A program made the translations under genes and the position numbers. From NCBI GenBank assembly GCA_031367715.1, contig JANLQJ010000405.1:19669-83668 (forward strand): 64,000 nucleotides of DNA, written 5' to 3'. Under the pieces are notes generated by a model. The model saw nothing but the letters and a program-made list of their open reading frames with translations. It did not search any database and was not told the DNA's origin. This DNA comes from Hyphomicrobiaceae bacterium (lineage in GTDB: Bacteria > Pseudomonadota > Alphaproteobacteria > Rhizobiales > Hyphomicrobiaceae). Below are positions 1 through 9,754 of the stretch, in pieces. How positions within the stretch are numbered: the stretch's first letter is position 1; each line of letters begins with the position of its first letter.

Positions 1-344
1 ACCAGTAGGCCAGCGGAACTCGCGCCGACATAGAAACCGACATGCCCGAGACGCGGGTCGAGGCCACGCTTGAAGACCACGATACAGCCGGGGCGCGGTT
101 CAGCCAGGGCCTCGCCCCAGCCGAGATACGAGCGCGCCATCAGCGAGCGCGTGCTGCGCACCCCTGCCCGCTCCAGGCAAGAGCCGGCAAAGGCCGCGCA
201 CCAGGCCACCTCATCATGCCGCACCTCGCCATGTCCGACGTCGCGGAAGTAGCGCAGGATGCGGGCATTGTCGGCATCTCCTGATTGCTCGGCTTGCCCG
301 AGGTCGCGGCGGGCAAGCGCCATCCAGGCCGGCTCGTCGCTCAT
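1..344 (-). CDS. TIGR02594-like putative cell-wall hydrolase, N-terminal part (gene runs off the left edge)
   Basis: Absent from the ORF track because it is open at the window edge. Minus-strand ATG at 344-342. My translation reads MSDEPAWMALARRDLGQAEQSGDADNARILRYFRDVGHGEVRHDEVAWCAAFAGSCLERAGV...GCIVVFKRG...GHVGFYVG. The WCAAF..C and GHVGF motifs fit the phage-associated TIGR02594/CHAP-like family (recall). Same strand, directly downstream of the tail genes. Confidence 0.45.
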   Translation of the reverse strand, partial: MSDEPAWMALARRDLGQAEQSGDADNARILRYFRDVGHGEVRHDEVAWCAAFAGSCLERAGVRSTRSLMARSYLGWGEALAEPRPGCIVVFKRGLDPRLGHVGFYVGASSAGLL

Positions 345-392
345 GACGACTCTCCAATGGTTCGATGATAGAGGGCGCCAGCGGACGGTTGC

Positions 393-1853
393 CTATTCGA
401 AATAGCCCCTCACCGCGACACCGCCGCGGATGATCTGCGAGGCTGTCGCGGTGCTAACCGGTATGCGCACGATGATGTGCAGGAAGGCGCCGGGCTCGAC
501 GATCAACGGGGCGGCGGAAAAATCGGCACGCAGGTCGCGATCGGCCCTGGCGCCGATGCCCGCACCGATGGCAAAGCTCTGTAAACCAAGGAATTTCTTA
601 TGCGCCGCGCGGGTTGTCGATGTGCCTGCAGCATCTGCTGTTGCCAGACTGGCCGCGCTGGCGCCGATACCGGCATACCAGTTGAGCAGTGTCGGCGTGG
701 TCGCCACCGCCGCACCCATGTTGAAGGCATCGATATCGATACCGGTGACAACCATGTTCTTGCCGGGTTGGTTCGCCGCCGGCGCTGGCACCTGATAGGC
801 AAACAGGGCGTAGTCGGTCTCGGCACCGGCGACGGCCGCGAACTGGAAATTGCCGCCCGGCACCGCGTAGCCCGCCGCAGTGTTGGAGAGCGTTGCCGAG
901 ACCGGCGCGGTCGAGTTGGTGATGTTGTCGAGCTGCGCTACGGTCGCGCCATCCGGCGTCGACAGCAGATGATCGCCCAGGCCAACGCGCGCTGCTCCCC
1001 TGGGCCGGGCAAAGGCGCCGTCGCCAAGCGTCACGGCCCAGCGGGCGATGTTCAGTTTTTGCGCACCCACGGTGGCCGCAGCGTTGTACCAGCGGGCGAA
1101 CAGATAGCCGGACTGGCTCTGCGCCATGGCGCCGACCGTGTTGGCGCTCGAACGCAGCACCTGGCCGATATAGATGGCATCGAAATACAGCTCGGCCCGA
1201 TCACTGTGGATGACGATTTCGCCGTGATAGACGCGGCCCGCCGCCCAGGCAACCGCCGCCGGCAGGGTGATGGCGCCGGAGCTGGTCTGGGTACCGTTGT
1301 AGTTGCAAACCAGCTGCAGCGCGCCCGCCGTATCGATCAGCATATAGATGCCGTCGGAGGGCGCACTGGCAACCGCCGCGCCTGGAATGCCGATGCCGAT
1401 CTCGATCGTGTTCTGGGCCTGCGGCAGCAGTCCCAGCGAGAACCAGAAATCCACCGTGGCAGGAAAATTGCCCAGCACCGGGAAGGTGCGATGAGTACGG
1501 CAGATCTGACCCGAGCCGGACGTCAGCAGCGCGCTGGCATTGAAGGCGAGAAAGCCGCCGGCCACCGACAATGCGGTTGCCGAAGCGATGTTGAAATACT
1601 TGCGGAGGTTGAACACCGTGTGGTGGAAAGCATCATCCCACAGCACGGCATCCTGCCCGACGCCGAGCCGCTTTTCGGGGCTGGCATAGATCGAGCGGCG
1701 CAAGGCCGGCAGGCCTGCCGCGCCATCGTGGTTCTCGCCCAGCAAACCAGCGTAACCGGCATTTGCCAGCACCTTGGAGAGCGCGACGGCAAGTTCCGAG
1801 CTGGCGTTAACGTCGGCCGTGTTGGTACCGAGCGCGTTCTGCAACGTGGCCAT
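393..1853 (-). CDS. Hypothetical 486-aa protein downstream of the fibre gene (probable particle/tail-associated protein, family not recognised)
   Basis: Long ORF on the cluster strand. ATG lies 7 nt after the fibre gene stop, with AGGATGAGGA upstream. Ala/Gly/Thr-rich composition suggests beta structure. I recognise no catalytic motif. Confidence 0.6.
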   Translation of the reverse strand: MATLQNALGTNTADVNASSELAVALSKVLANAGYAGLLGENHDGAAGLPALRRSIYASPEKRLGVGQDAVLWDDAFHHTVFNLRKYFNIASATALSVAGGFLAFNASALLTSGSGQICRTHRTFPVLGNFPATVDFWFSLGLLPQAQNTIEIGIGIPGAAVASAPSDGIYMLIDTAGALQLVCNYNGTQTSSGAITLPAAVAWAAGRVYHGEIVIHSDRAELYFDAIYIGQVLRSSANTVGAMAQSQSGYLFARWYNAAATVGAQKLNIARWAVTLGDGAFARPRGAARVGLGDHLLSTPDGATVAQLDNITNSTAPVSATLSNTAAGYAVPGGNFQFAAVAGAETDYALFAYQVPAPAANQPGKNMVVTGIDIDAFNMGAAVATTPTLLNWYAGIGASAASLATADAAGTSTTRAAHKKFLGLQSFAIGAGIGARADRDLRADFSAAPLIVEPGAFLHIIVRIPVSTATASQIIRGGVAVRGYFE

Positions 1854-1860
1854 GAAATCC

Positions 1861-3204
1861 TCATCCTATGATATAGCTGACCTTGAATTTGCCATTGACG
1901 CGGCCGGTCAGGCAGGCCGCGTAGAGAGTGAAGGCTCCGGCCCCGGGCACGGCGCGCAAGTGCAGCAGGTCCATCTCGTTCTCGTCCGCCGTCCGGCCGG
2001 TCGCTGCTTTGCCCGATTGCTGGGGCACGATCTTCGAAGCCGCCGTCACGCCGGCATCGGCGACACTGAACGACTTGCTGCGCACGGCCGAACTGCCGAA
2101 GTCGATTTCGATTTCGCTGATTGCTGTAGTGCCGGTGGGTCCCTGTGAGCCGGTGGCGCCAGTATTGCCAGTCGGCCCAGCCGCCCCAGTCGGGCCTGTG
2201 TCCCCGGTAAGACCGACTGGCCCCTGCGGGCCGGTGGCTCCGGTATTGCCGGTAGACCCGGCAGGGCCTTGCGGCCCGGTGAGACCGGTCGATCCGGTGA
2301 GACCGGTGGGTCCCTGCGATCCAGTCGGACCTGTATTACCGGTCGATCCGGCCGGACCGGTGGCGCCAGCCGGGCCGACCAGATTGGTGCCCGAGCCGGT
2401 CCAAGCGCCGGCAACTTTGGGACCGTAAATCTTGCTTGCAGCGGTATCGATGTAGAAGTCGCCGTTGATACCTGTCCCCGCGCCCGGCGCACCTGTACCG
2501 TTCCAGACCGCGTTGCCGTGGGCATCGACATATTGCTTGGTAGCGATACCGAGGGCAGCCGTGGGATCGCCGTAAACCACACCGAGGGCGCTGCCGCGAT
2601 TGAGTTTGATCGCTTCTTTCCAGGTGCTGCCATCAGGACTCACCTTGAGGTGAAAATCGTCGTCGCCGGCCAAGCCCATTTCGGCGCGGCCCGAATAACC
2701 GTCCTGATAGAGCAGGCTGGCAGTATCGCCGGCGGCGGCCTTGTTCAGCTTGAGCTGGTGCCCATTGCCGATATTGTCGAACAGGCTGGCAGAACTTTTG
2801 ACCGCGAGTTTGTTGGTAGCATCGGCCGTGGCGTTGACGCCAAGCAGCGCGATGTTCTGCAGCGTGCTGTTGGCTGGGGTCCAGGCCGTGCCAGTGTTGA
2901 TGACCAGAGCGCTCTCGGCCGTCACCCACACCAGCCAGCCCGCCCGCGGCAGGTAGAACGCCTACGCACCATCTTGCCACGCTGCGACCTTGCCGTCCTG
3001 GCCAACCCAGGCGCCGGTCGCACTGGCGGCCACGATGTAGCGATCGCCCTCGGCGGGTGTGCCGGGCGGCGTGGTCAGAACGCGGCTCAGCACTGCAGGT
3101 TGCACCAGCGCGTCGAGAATACGCAGCGCGTCATTGTGCGTGACGTGCTTTTGCGCCTGTGCCGCGTCAAGATAGGGCAGGTTGAGATTAGGCGTTCTCG
3201 TCAT
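1861..3204 (-). pseudogene. DUF2793-type tail fibre gene with collagen-like repeat, interrupted by an in-frame TAG at 2964-2962
   Basis: ORFs 2962..3204 (MTRTPNLNLPYLDAAQAQKHVTHNDALRILDALV..., a DUF2793-like N-terminus) and 1861..2931 share one frame (2964-2931=33). The read-through text is ...[27 protein letters not shown].... The M at 2931 in the track is a GTG. Confidence 0.7.
2131..2376 (-). repeat. Collagen-like Gly-X-Y array (about 27 triplets) inside the fibre gene
   Basis: Residues 186-267 of the 356-aa ORF: [82 protein letters not shown]. Preceded by [16 protein letters not shown], which is common in phage collagen-like fibres. Confidence 0.9.
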
Positions 3205-3213
3205 GATTTGACC

Positions 3214-6200
3214 TCAGATGGTGGCGGCGCGGGGCGTGCCGCGACCGAAACTTGGCGAGATCTGGAAAACCTTCACCGCCACGCTGGTGGGCGGCGTGCC
3301 AAAATCGGCGGTCTGCTGAGCACTCGTGTAGGTCACGGTCGGTGACGCGCTGCTCAGTGTCCGCACGACGCTGGCGCCCGACAGCACGTCGACCTCATAG
3401 GCCTCGTTGTCCTCGGCGAGCGGCACCTCGCGCTGCTCCCAATTGTCGCCGCCGATGCGTGTGCGACGCTTCCAGCCGATGGCAAGATCGCCGTCCGAAC
3501 GCACGCCAACGATATGGCTCGGGCTCAGCGGCCGCCGGCCGATACCCGAGAATCTGAGCGTTTGCGTCGTATAGGAAAGATGCCCGAGCGGACGGTTGGC
3601 CGGCCCAAAGCGCCAGGCCAGCGCCAAGCCGATCTGATCGAGGGTCTCGTCCAGCAATGCGACGCTGGTATCCAGGAACGCAAACGTCGCGCCGGCTGCC
3701 AGCATCGTCGCCATCGCGCCCTCGGTGCCGGCCTGACCGCGCAACAATCGGGTCAGCCGGTAGGTCCGATCAGCGATCAGATCCGCCTTGGCAAATTGCA
3801 GCACCTCCCAAATGCCGGGCGATGTCTCGATGGCGGCGGCATTGGCACCGGCCAGTACCGCGAGATCGCTTTGCGTGGCGAGCGTTCCCGAAGTCAGCTG
3901 CACGGTCAGCTGGTTGGCGCGATCCCAGCGGTTTACGGCACCGGCGGCAAACGCGACCGTTGTCACGCCAAGCGTGGCTTGCGCAGCTAGCATCGCGTTC
4001 AAGCGAAAGTCGATGCCATCGGCCGAGCGATAGACCGCAATGCCGCCGGGCCAGGGTGTTTGCGTTGCCGCGACGCGCGCTGCTATCGGCGACTCATCGC
4101 CCCTGAGCAGCGGCAGATCGAGGAATGCAATCAGTGGGCGTCCAAACGCTGCGGCGGCGGTCGCGGTGGTCTCTCGCTCGACGGCGCTCGAACTGTTGTA
4201 GACCGCACGCTGGATCGACAGCGCATCGATGCCGCGTCCAAGCCCGTCAGCCAGCGACGTGATGCGCAGTTCCAGCGAACGCCCAGGCAGTTGCAGCGTG
4301 ACGATGTCGCTCGGCTCCAGCGCCAGCCAGCTTTCTGGCAGCCGGAATTGCGCATGCTGCCGCGCCGCCCAGGCATCCTGCAGCAGCCGCTCGGCGATCG
4401 CCTGGCCCACCGCTGGCCGCAACACCATCGGAAGCTCGGCGTTGGAAATGCGTGTGCTGCTTGACGCCAGGCGCCGCGATTCGGCAGCCGACGATTGATA
4501 GCCGCGATCGGCATCCAGAAACCCCAGCCGCGCCACTGCAGGCAGCTCGGTCTCCTGGCGTCGCACCAGATGGAATGGCTCGGCCCCCGGCGCGGTTTCG
4601 ACCAGATTATCCGTGTTCAGAACCGCCACCGGGCCGCGCAAACCCCGTTGCGCGAAGCTGATCTTGTCGCCGCTCTCATAGCTGTCGAAGAAATAGGCCA
4701 GCTCCAGCGGCTGGATCGCTGCCCGCGCACTCATCACACGATCGACCACATAGCCATCGACCAAGCCGACCAGCGCGGACGTATCGAAGCTGACAAAGCC
4801 GTTTTCCGTCAGTATACTGCTCACTACGGCATCGAGCGCCACCGCCGCGATGCGGCCGGTAATCCAATGGCCGCGCTGCCAGTTGCCGGCATCGCCCCAG
4901 ACATCGGCGATCTGCGGAAAGGCCGGATAGGGCCGTGCATCCCAGGTGTAGACGAACATCCGCGCCGGATCGACCATGGGCGCGCCATAGAGGCTGGAGA
5001 TCGGATTCGCCGCAGTGCCAGCACCTTGTTTGAAGCGCTCCAGCATCGCCTGCAGAAAGCGGCGCTGCATGAGATCGTCGCGCCCGCCGCCGGAAAAATA
5101 CGGCAGCGCCGACTCGGCACTTTTCACATCGACGAAGGTGTTCGGCTGATTGGCCCCCTTGTCGACCGCCGGGCAGCCAAGCTCGGTGAACCAGAACGGC
5201 TTGCTCTGCGGCACCCAAGCGGTCGGCGTGGACGATTCGACGCCACCCGGGCGATGATAGTGCCGGTTGCCCCACCATGCCGCGATGTCCTTGAAGCGGA
5301 ACACCCAGGGCTTGCCGGCACCGTCGGTAATCGGTGTACGCACTTGCGCGTTGCGGGCCGCGGCACTGGCATAATACCAGTCATAGCCCTCGCCGGCGAC
5401 GATGTTGCCCTTCAGATAGGCAAGGTCATAGGTCGAGCTCGCGCCGGCAACCAGATCGGCGTGGGTGGTGCCATCGCGCCAGTCGGCGAGCGGCCAATAG
5501 ACGTCGATGCCAACGGCGTCGATCGCGGCGCAGGTCCACAGAGCGTCGAGATGGAAATAGACATCGTTCGATCCATCCGCTGGCTGATGACCGAAATACT
5601 CCGACCAATCGGCGGCATACGTTACTTTGGTCCCGGCGCCGAGTACCGTCTTGACGTCGGCGGCCAATTGAACCAGCGCGGCAACGAATGGATAGCTCGA
5701 TGCGCCCGAACGCGCGGTGGTCAGGCCCTTCAACTCAGAGCCGATGACAAATCCGTCGACACCACCGGCCGCCTTGCACAGATGCGCATAGTACAGAACC
5801 ATGCGCCGATAGGACCATTCGGCGGGTCCGGAGTAAGTCACGGTATCGCCGGCGATGGCGAAGTGCGCGACCGCCGCGCTGCCAACGAAGGCGTTGAGCT
5901 GCGTTGCCGCTGTCGCCGTCTTGTCAACCGTGCCGGGCCGTCCGGCGGCCGGATGCACGCTGATGCGCCCGCGCCACGGATAGGCTGCCTGGGCCGCGCC
6001 GCCATATGGGTCCGGCAGCCCATTGCCGGCCGCAATATCCATCAGAATGAACGGGTTGAAGGTGCATTTCAGCCCGCGCGCCGCAAGGTCGCGGATGGCC
6101 GCAATGACGCTGCCATCGGACGGCGTGCCGCCATAGGCGGGCGCTCCATCGGCGCTCGATACCACGATGGCGGAGCTTCGCGTCACGCCGGCGACGCTCC

Positions 6201-7149
6201 AGACCCGGGGCGTGGTAACCTTGCTGGCATTATCAATGCGCGGTTTCAGCTGACAGTTGCCGACTCTCAAATCATCGCCGAACCAGCTCACCACCAGCGA
6301 GACATTAGCGGCCGCGGGCAGACTTTCCTGCAACTGATCGAGCGACGCCGACCAGTCGGTCTTGCCGGTCAAGGTATGCATGTTCTCGGGGGTCGAAGCG
6401 CCACCCGGGGTAACCCGCTGCACCTCGGCGGTTTCATAGACGAACTCGCCGGCGCCCGGGATCATGGTGACGGCCGGCACCAACTGCTCAAAACCATCGA
6501 CGGCGCGAAACACCTCGAACGACAGTTGCGGCAGCCGGTTGCCGAATTTGGCCAGCGCCAAACGCTCGAACACGACATAGGCGATGCCGCGATAGGCCGG
6601 CGCCAGTCCCGCGCCTTCCTTGGCCTCGATCAGGCTGTCGGGCATCTGCAGCGTACTGCCGGCATGCAGTCGCCAGGTGATGCCATTGAGATCGAGTTCC
6701 TTGCCGTCCGCCCATACTTTGCCGACATGGGTGATTGGCCCCTCGCACAGCGCAACGGCGAAGTTGGCGAAATAGCTGAAGCTGGTGGAGGTCGGGCCGC
6801 CGCCGCCGAGACCCTTGCCACCGCCGCTATTGCCACCGCTCGAGCTGGCGACCTCCTCGAAATTGGTCGCCCAGATGACTTCGCCGGCGATCCGTGCACG
6901 GCCATAGAGCCGCGGGATCGGCGCTCCCTGGCGCGACGCCATGATCTTGAGCGAGGCCAGGCGCGGCCCTTCCAGCACGCGGCCCTGGCCGCTGGCCCCG
7001 AACAGCGCCTGATCGACATAGGAGCCGGCGAGCCCGCCGAGCGCCTGGCCGACCACCGCGCCGGTGATGGTGGCGCCAAGAATGGTGGCCGTCGGCAACA
7101 GCGCGCCGCCGATGGCAGCGCCGACTGCGGCAAGGGCAAGAGTGGCCAT
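3214..7149 (-). CDS. GTA g15-type host-specificity / baseplate multidomain protein
   Basis: 1311-aa ORF, last gene of the tail module. Hydrophobic Gly/Ala N-terminus MATLALAAVGAAIGGALLP. Size and position match RcGTA g15 (rcc01698)-like proteins (recall). Confidence 0.8.
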   Translation of the reverse strand: MATLALAAVGAAIGGALLPTATILGATITGAVVGQALGGLAGSYVDQALFGASGQGRVLEGPRLASLKIMASRQGAPIPRLYGRARIAGEVIWATNFEEVASSSGGNSGGGKGLGGGGPTSTSFSYFANFAVALCEGPITHVGKVWADGKELDLNGITWRLHAGSTLQMPDSLIEAKEGAGLAPAYRGIAYVVFERLALAKFGNRLPQLSFEVFRAVDGFEQLVPAVTMIPGAGEFVYETAEVQRVTPGGASTPENMHTLTGKTDWSASLDQLQESLPAAANVSLVVSWFGDDLRVGNCQLKPRIDNASKVTTPRVWSVAGVTRSSAIVVSSADGAPAYGGTPSDGSVIAAIRDLAARGLKCTFNPFILMDIAAGNGLPDPYGGAAQAAYPWRGRISVHPAAGRPGTVDKTATAATQLNAFVGSAAVAHFAIAGDTVTYSGPAEWSYRRMVLYYAHLCKAAGGVDGFVIGSELKGLTTARSGASSYPFVAALVQLAADVKTVLGAGTKVTYAADWSEYFGHQPADGSNDVYFHLDALWTCAAIDAVGIDVYWPLADWRDGTTHADLVAGASSTYDLAYLKGNIVAGEGYDWYYASAAARNAQVRTPITDGAGKPWVFRFKDIAAWWGNRHYHRPGGVESSTPTAWVPQSKPFWFTELGCPAVDKGANQPNTFVDVKSAESALPYFSGGGRDDLMQRRFLQAMLERFKQGAGTAANPISSLYGAPMVDPARMFVYTWDARPYPAFPQIADVWGDAGNWQRGHWITGRIAAVALDAVVSSILTENGFVSFDTSALVGLVDGYVVDRVMSARAAIQPLELAYFFDSYESGDKISFAQRGLRGPVAVLNTDNLVETAPGAEPFHLVRRQETELPAVARLGFLDADRGYQSSAAESRRLASSSTRISNAELPMVLRPAVGQAIAERLLQDAWAARQHAQFRLPESWLALEPSDIVTLQLPGRSLELRITSLADGLGRGIDALSIQRAVYNSSSAVERETTATAAAAFGRPLIAFLDLPLLRGDESPIAARVAATQTPWPGGIAVYRSADGIDFRLNAMLAAQATLGVTTVAFAAGAVNRWDRANQLTVQLTSGTLATQSDLAVLAGANAAAIETSPGIWEVLQFAKADLIADRTYRLTRLLRGQAGTEGAMATMLAAGATFAFLDTSVALLDETLDQIGLALAWRFGPANRPLGHLSYTTQTLRFSGIGRRPLSPSHIVGVRSDGDLAIGWKRRTRIGGDNWEQREVPLAEDNEAYEVDVLSGASVVRTLSSASPTVTYTSAQQTADFGTPPTSVAVKVFQISPSFGRGTPRAATI

Positions 7150-7191
7150 CGAAGCACCGTTTCCAGGCTGCTGGTTACAATCAGTACACGC

Positions 7192-7629
7192 TCAATCGGC
7201 GACGCCCGGCAGCGCGAAAGCACCGGCGATGCGGCGGCGCCACCAGGGGCCGAGATGCACCTCGCTGACCGGCACGCCCTCCTGGGCGTGGATCATGCGG
7301 CCGTCCTCAACCAGGATCGCGGCATGCTTGGCGACCGCGAAGGTGTTGACGCGGAAGATCAGGACATCGCCCGGCTGCATCGCCACGCTACTGATCTGGC
7401 GCAGATGCCGGCCGGCAGCCGACAGCAGCGCCTCGTTGCCGGTTGCTTCGGCCCAATCGCCAGTATACGGACCGGGCGACTCCGGCTCGTCGGCATAAAT
7501 CTCGCGCCATAAGCCGCGCACCAGCCCGATGCAATCGCAGCCGACTTGCCGCAGGCTGGCGCGGTGATGATAGGGCGTACCCAGCCAGCCGCGCGCAAGT
7601 CGCGTGATATCGGTCCGTGTCACGCTCAT
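7192..7629 (-). CDS. NlpC/P60-family phage cell-wall peptidase (GTA g14-like)
   Basis: GWLGTPYHHRASLRQVGCDCIGLVRGLWRE gives the catalytic Cys context, with a downstream His in HAAIL. 145 aa, in the g14 position. Confidence 0.85.
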   Translation of the reverse strand: MSVTRTDITRLARGWLGTPYHHRASLRQVGCDCIGLVRGLWREIYADEPESPGPYTGDWAEATGNEALLSAAGRHLRQISSVAMQPGDVLIFRVNTFAVAKHAAILVEDGRMIHAQEGVPVSEVHLGPWWRRRIAGAFALPGVAD

Positions 7630-8519
7630 GAGAACCTGCTGCCGCCGGTGTTGCTGCCCTCACCCGCCGCCGGATAGGACGTGATGAAATCGTTGCCCGG
7701 CATATGCGGGCAACCGCGAAAATTGAGCCCATTGGCGAATTTCGCGCGGCAGGTGGCAAATTGCTTGTCGCAACCGGCGCTGATCGAAAAACTGTCGCCA
7801 AGCGTGAGCGGACGGTTTGGGTCCAGCCAGATCTCGATGCGCACGCCAGCGGTACTGACGCTGTGCCGCTTCACCTCGGCCTTGCGCGCCGCATTGCCGC
7901 CATTGACCCAGGTCACCAGGCCGCGCGTGAACCAATCATCGGCATACGCGCCGAGACCGTTGACCAGGATGATGCGCTCATCGAGCAGCGCCGCAACCGT
8001 GCCCGTGCCAGTGAATGCCGCCCCCGCCAATGCCACGCCGCAGCGCGCATCGCCCAGATCGGCATCGCAGCCATACTGGTAGATGCGTCCGCGCTCCTGG
8101 CTGAGATAGTGCGCCAAACCACGCACCTCGGCGGCGAAGGCGGTGCTGCCGCGCTTGACCTCGCCAATGCTGCCCGTGCGCACCAGCAGCCGCTGCGCTG
8201 GTGCCGCCCAGTTGACACGGAAGATCTCGATGCCGGCATTGTCGTAGCGGCCGCTCGACAGATCATCGGCACTGAGACGATCCGAGCGCAATGCACCCGA
8301 CAGTTCCTGATTGCCCACCGCCAGACCAACCTCGGCATGCAACTCGCTGGCGGTAAAGCCACTCGACGCCTCGAACACGGTGCCATCGAACACGACGTCG
8401 CGATCGTGATCGGTGAACCCCAACCGCGAACCGTCATTGCGGGTGACGCGCCAGCACCAGGCCAGTGTTGTGGCGCCGCTGCTGAGATGGGCCTGCAAAG
8501 CCGCTGGAACAGATCTCAC
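7626..8519 (-). CDS. DUF2163 / BR0599-family tail hub protein (GTA g13-like)
   Basis: The track ORF 7626..8897 has an Arg/His-rich N-terminal extension that overlaps g12. I reassigned the start to GTG 8519, giving a GTGA overlap with the g12 stop. The product then begins VRSVPAALQAHLSSGATTLAWCWRVTRNDGSRLGFTDHD. Confidence 0.8.
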   Translation of the reverse strand: MRSVPAALQAHLSSGATTLAWCWRVTRNDGSRLGFTDHDRDVVFDGTVFEASSGFTASELHAEVGLAVGNQELSGALRSDRLSADDLSSGRYDNAGIEIFRVNWAAPAQRLLVRTGSIGEVKRGSTAFAAEVRGLAHYLSQERGRIYQYGCDADLGDARCGVALAGAAFTGTGTVAALLDERIILVNGLGAYADDWFTRGLVTWVNGGNAARKAEVKRHSVSTAGVRIEIWLDPNRPLTLGDSFSISAGCDKQFATCRAKFANGLNFRGCPHMPGNDFITSYPAAGEGSNTGGSRFS

Positions 8520-9154
8520 AGGCGCACCTCGAGGATTGGGATGTGCGGGATCGAACCGGCAGCAAAATTCTGCAGGTTGACCTCGATGCGGTCGGTATCG
8601 AAGCGCACCGGCACATCGAACTCGTAGCCGGCGGTGATGGCCGCGCTGGCCGCCGGGATGTGGCCGGCCAGGAAGCTGATCAGCCCGGTGGCGTAGTCGG
8701 TGGAAAAGACGCCGCCTTCCAGCTGCGCCACGCCCGCGACCTTCACCAGCAATGTTCCTTGCACCGGCTTCTTGATCGCCCGTCGATAGGGCGCAAACCC
8801 ACCACCATAGACTTTCGTCAGTTGAAAGACGGTGGTGGCGCCGTCGCCGGTGCCGATGGTCTGGTCGGTGGCAGCCGGCATCCGCGACGATGGGCAAGAG
8901 CGAAAATCAGCATGATCGCGCCAGCGGAAGCCGTGCAAACGGCCGCGCCGCTCCTCGAAGAAAGCGAGCACCGCATGCAGATCATCGACGCTGCGCACGC
9001 CGTAGCCTGCGTTGTAGCTGCGCCGCGAATCGGCCCAGCGGCTGTTGCGCTCCTCAAAGCCCGAGGCCAGCGTCACCACATCGGTGCGCCGCTCCGGACC
9101 ACCCACCGCGCCCTTGGAAAGATTGGTCGGAAAGCGCGTTTCATGAAAAGCCAA
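8516..9154 (-). CDS. DUF2460 distal tail protein (GTA g12-like)
   Basis: MAFHETRFPTNLSKGAVGGPERRTDVVTLASGFEERNSRW is the typical N-terminus of the TIGR02217/DUF2460 family (recall). Located in the g12 position. Confidence 0.85.
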   Translation of the reverse strand: MAFHETRFPTNLSKGAVGGPERRTDVVTLASGFEERNSRWADSRRSYNAGYGVRSVDDLHAVLAFFEERRGRLHGFRWRDHADFRSCPSSRMPAATDQTIGTGDGATTVFQLTKVYGGGFAPYRRAIKKPVQGTLLVKVAGVAQLEGGVFSTDYATGLISFLAGHIPAASAAITAGYEFDVPVRFDTDRIEVNLQNFAAGSIPHIPILEVRL

Positions 9155-9172
9155 GGGAAACCCTCCGTAGAC

Positions 9173-9754
9173 CTACAAATTGCGCTGTCCGGCCGACAAT
9201 CCACGCTGCAGCATGGCCGCGATCTGCGTCTGCGAGCGTTGGAAACCGGCTACATCGGGCGTACTGATATTGAAGGTGATGTTGGCCCCGCCGCCCCCGC
9301 CCGAGCGCACGCCGAGCTGCCCATCGGCGCCCCGCGTCAGCGGCAGGATGGCCTCGGCGCCCTGTTCGCCAGCGACCGCGGCGCGACCATCCGACAACGG
9401 AAAACTGATCGGCGAGGAGATCACGCCGCCGCGCGCGAACGGCACGGTGATGCCGGAGCCCGCCGCTCCGCCACTGAGCGAACCGGTAAGACCACCGAGG
9501 ATCTGATTGAACAGCCCACCGAGGGCATTTTCCAAAGGTTTGGTCGCGGCCGCCAGCGCCAGGTGCGCAAAGCTCCGCACCAGCGACTTGATGGTGTCCT
9601 CGAGCTTCTTGCCGCGCACCGCCACCTGCTCGAAGGAAGCGATCAGCCGGCTGGCGAACTGATCGCCCAGCGAACTCATATCGCTCAGTGATCGTTTCAA
9701 TTGCTCCCCGTTGGCGGCAATCTCAGCCGTCGCGGCCTGAATGGTGGTCGGCAT
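9173..9754 (-). CDS. Short tape measure protein (GTA g11-like)
   Basis: About 193 aa from MPTTIQAATAEIAANGEQLKRSL. Helical N-terminus and Gly-rich C-terminus, located between the chaperones and DUF2460. Start is either 9754 or 9772. Confidence 0.7.
   Translation of the reverse strand: MPTTIQAATAEIAANGEQLKRSLSDMSSLGDQFASRLIASFEQVAVRGKKLEDTIKSLVRSFAHLALAAATKPLENALGGLFNQILGGLTGSLSGGAAGSGITVPFARGGVISSPISFPLSDGRAAVAGEQGAEAILPLTRGADGQLGVRSGGGGGANITFNISTPDVAGFQRSQTQIAAMLQRGLSAGQRNL

Noticed and set aside
600-1871. 423-aa plus-strand ORF opposite the 486-aa gene
   Set aside because: Arg-rich, low-complexity antisense shadow ORF. The minus-strand ORF fits the operon, with coupling to the fibre gene.
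4495-7512. 1005-aa plus-strand ORF, with companions 3514-4106 and others, overlapping the g15 gene
   Set aside because: It is antisense to a 1311-aa ORF that has clear phage-protein character. Its translation is Arg/Gly/Ala/His-rich with no motifs. This is the typical shadow ORF of high-GC DNA.
8520-8897. N-terminal extensions of track ORFs. Examples: g13 7626-8897, capsid 12386-13804, LivG 25041-25973, LivH 26731-27717, GmrSD 38433-40403, YdjM 45254-46594 and addB 60701-63928
   Set aside because: The extensions overlap the upstream gene, are Arg/His/Pro-rich, and precede internal starts that give canonical N-termini and ATGA/GTGA-type coupling. Starts were trimmed accordingly.
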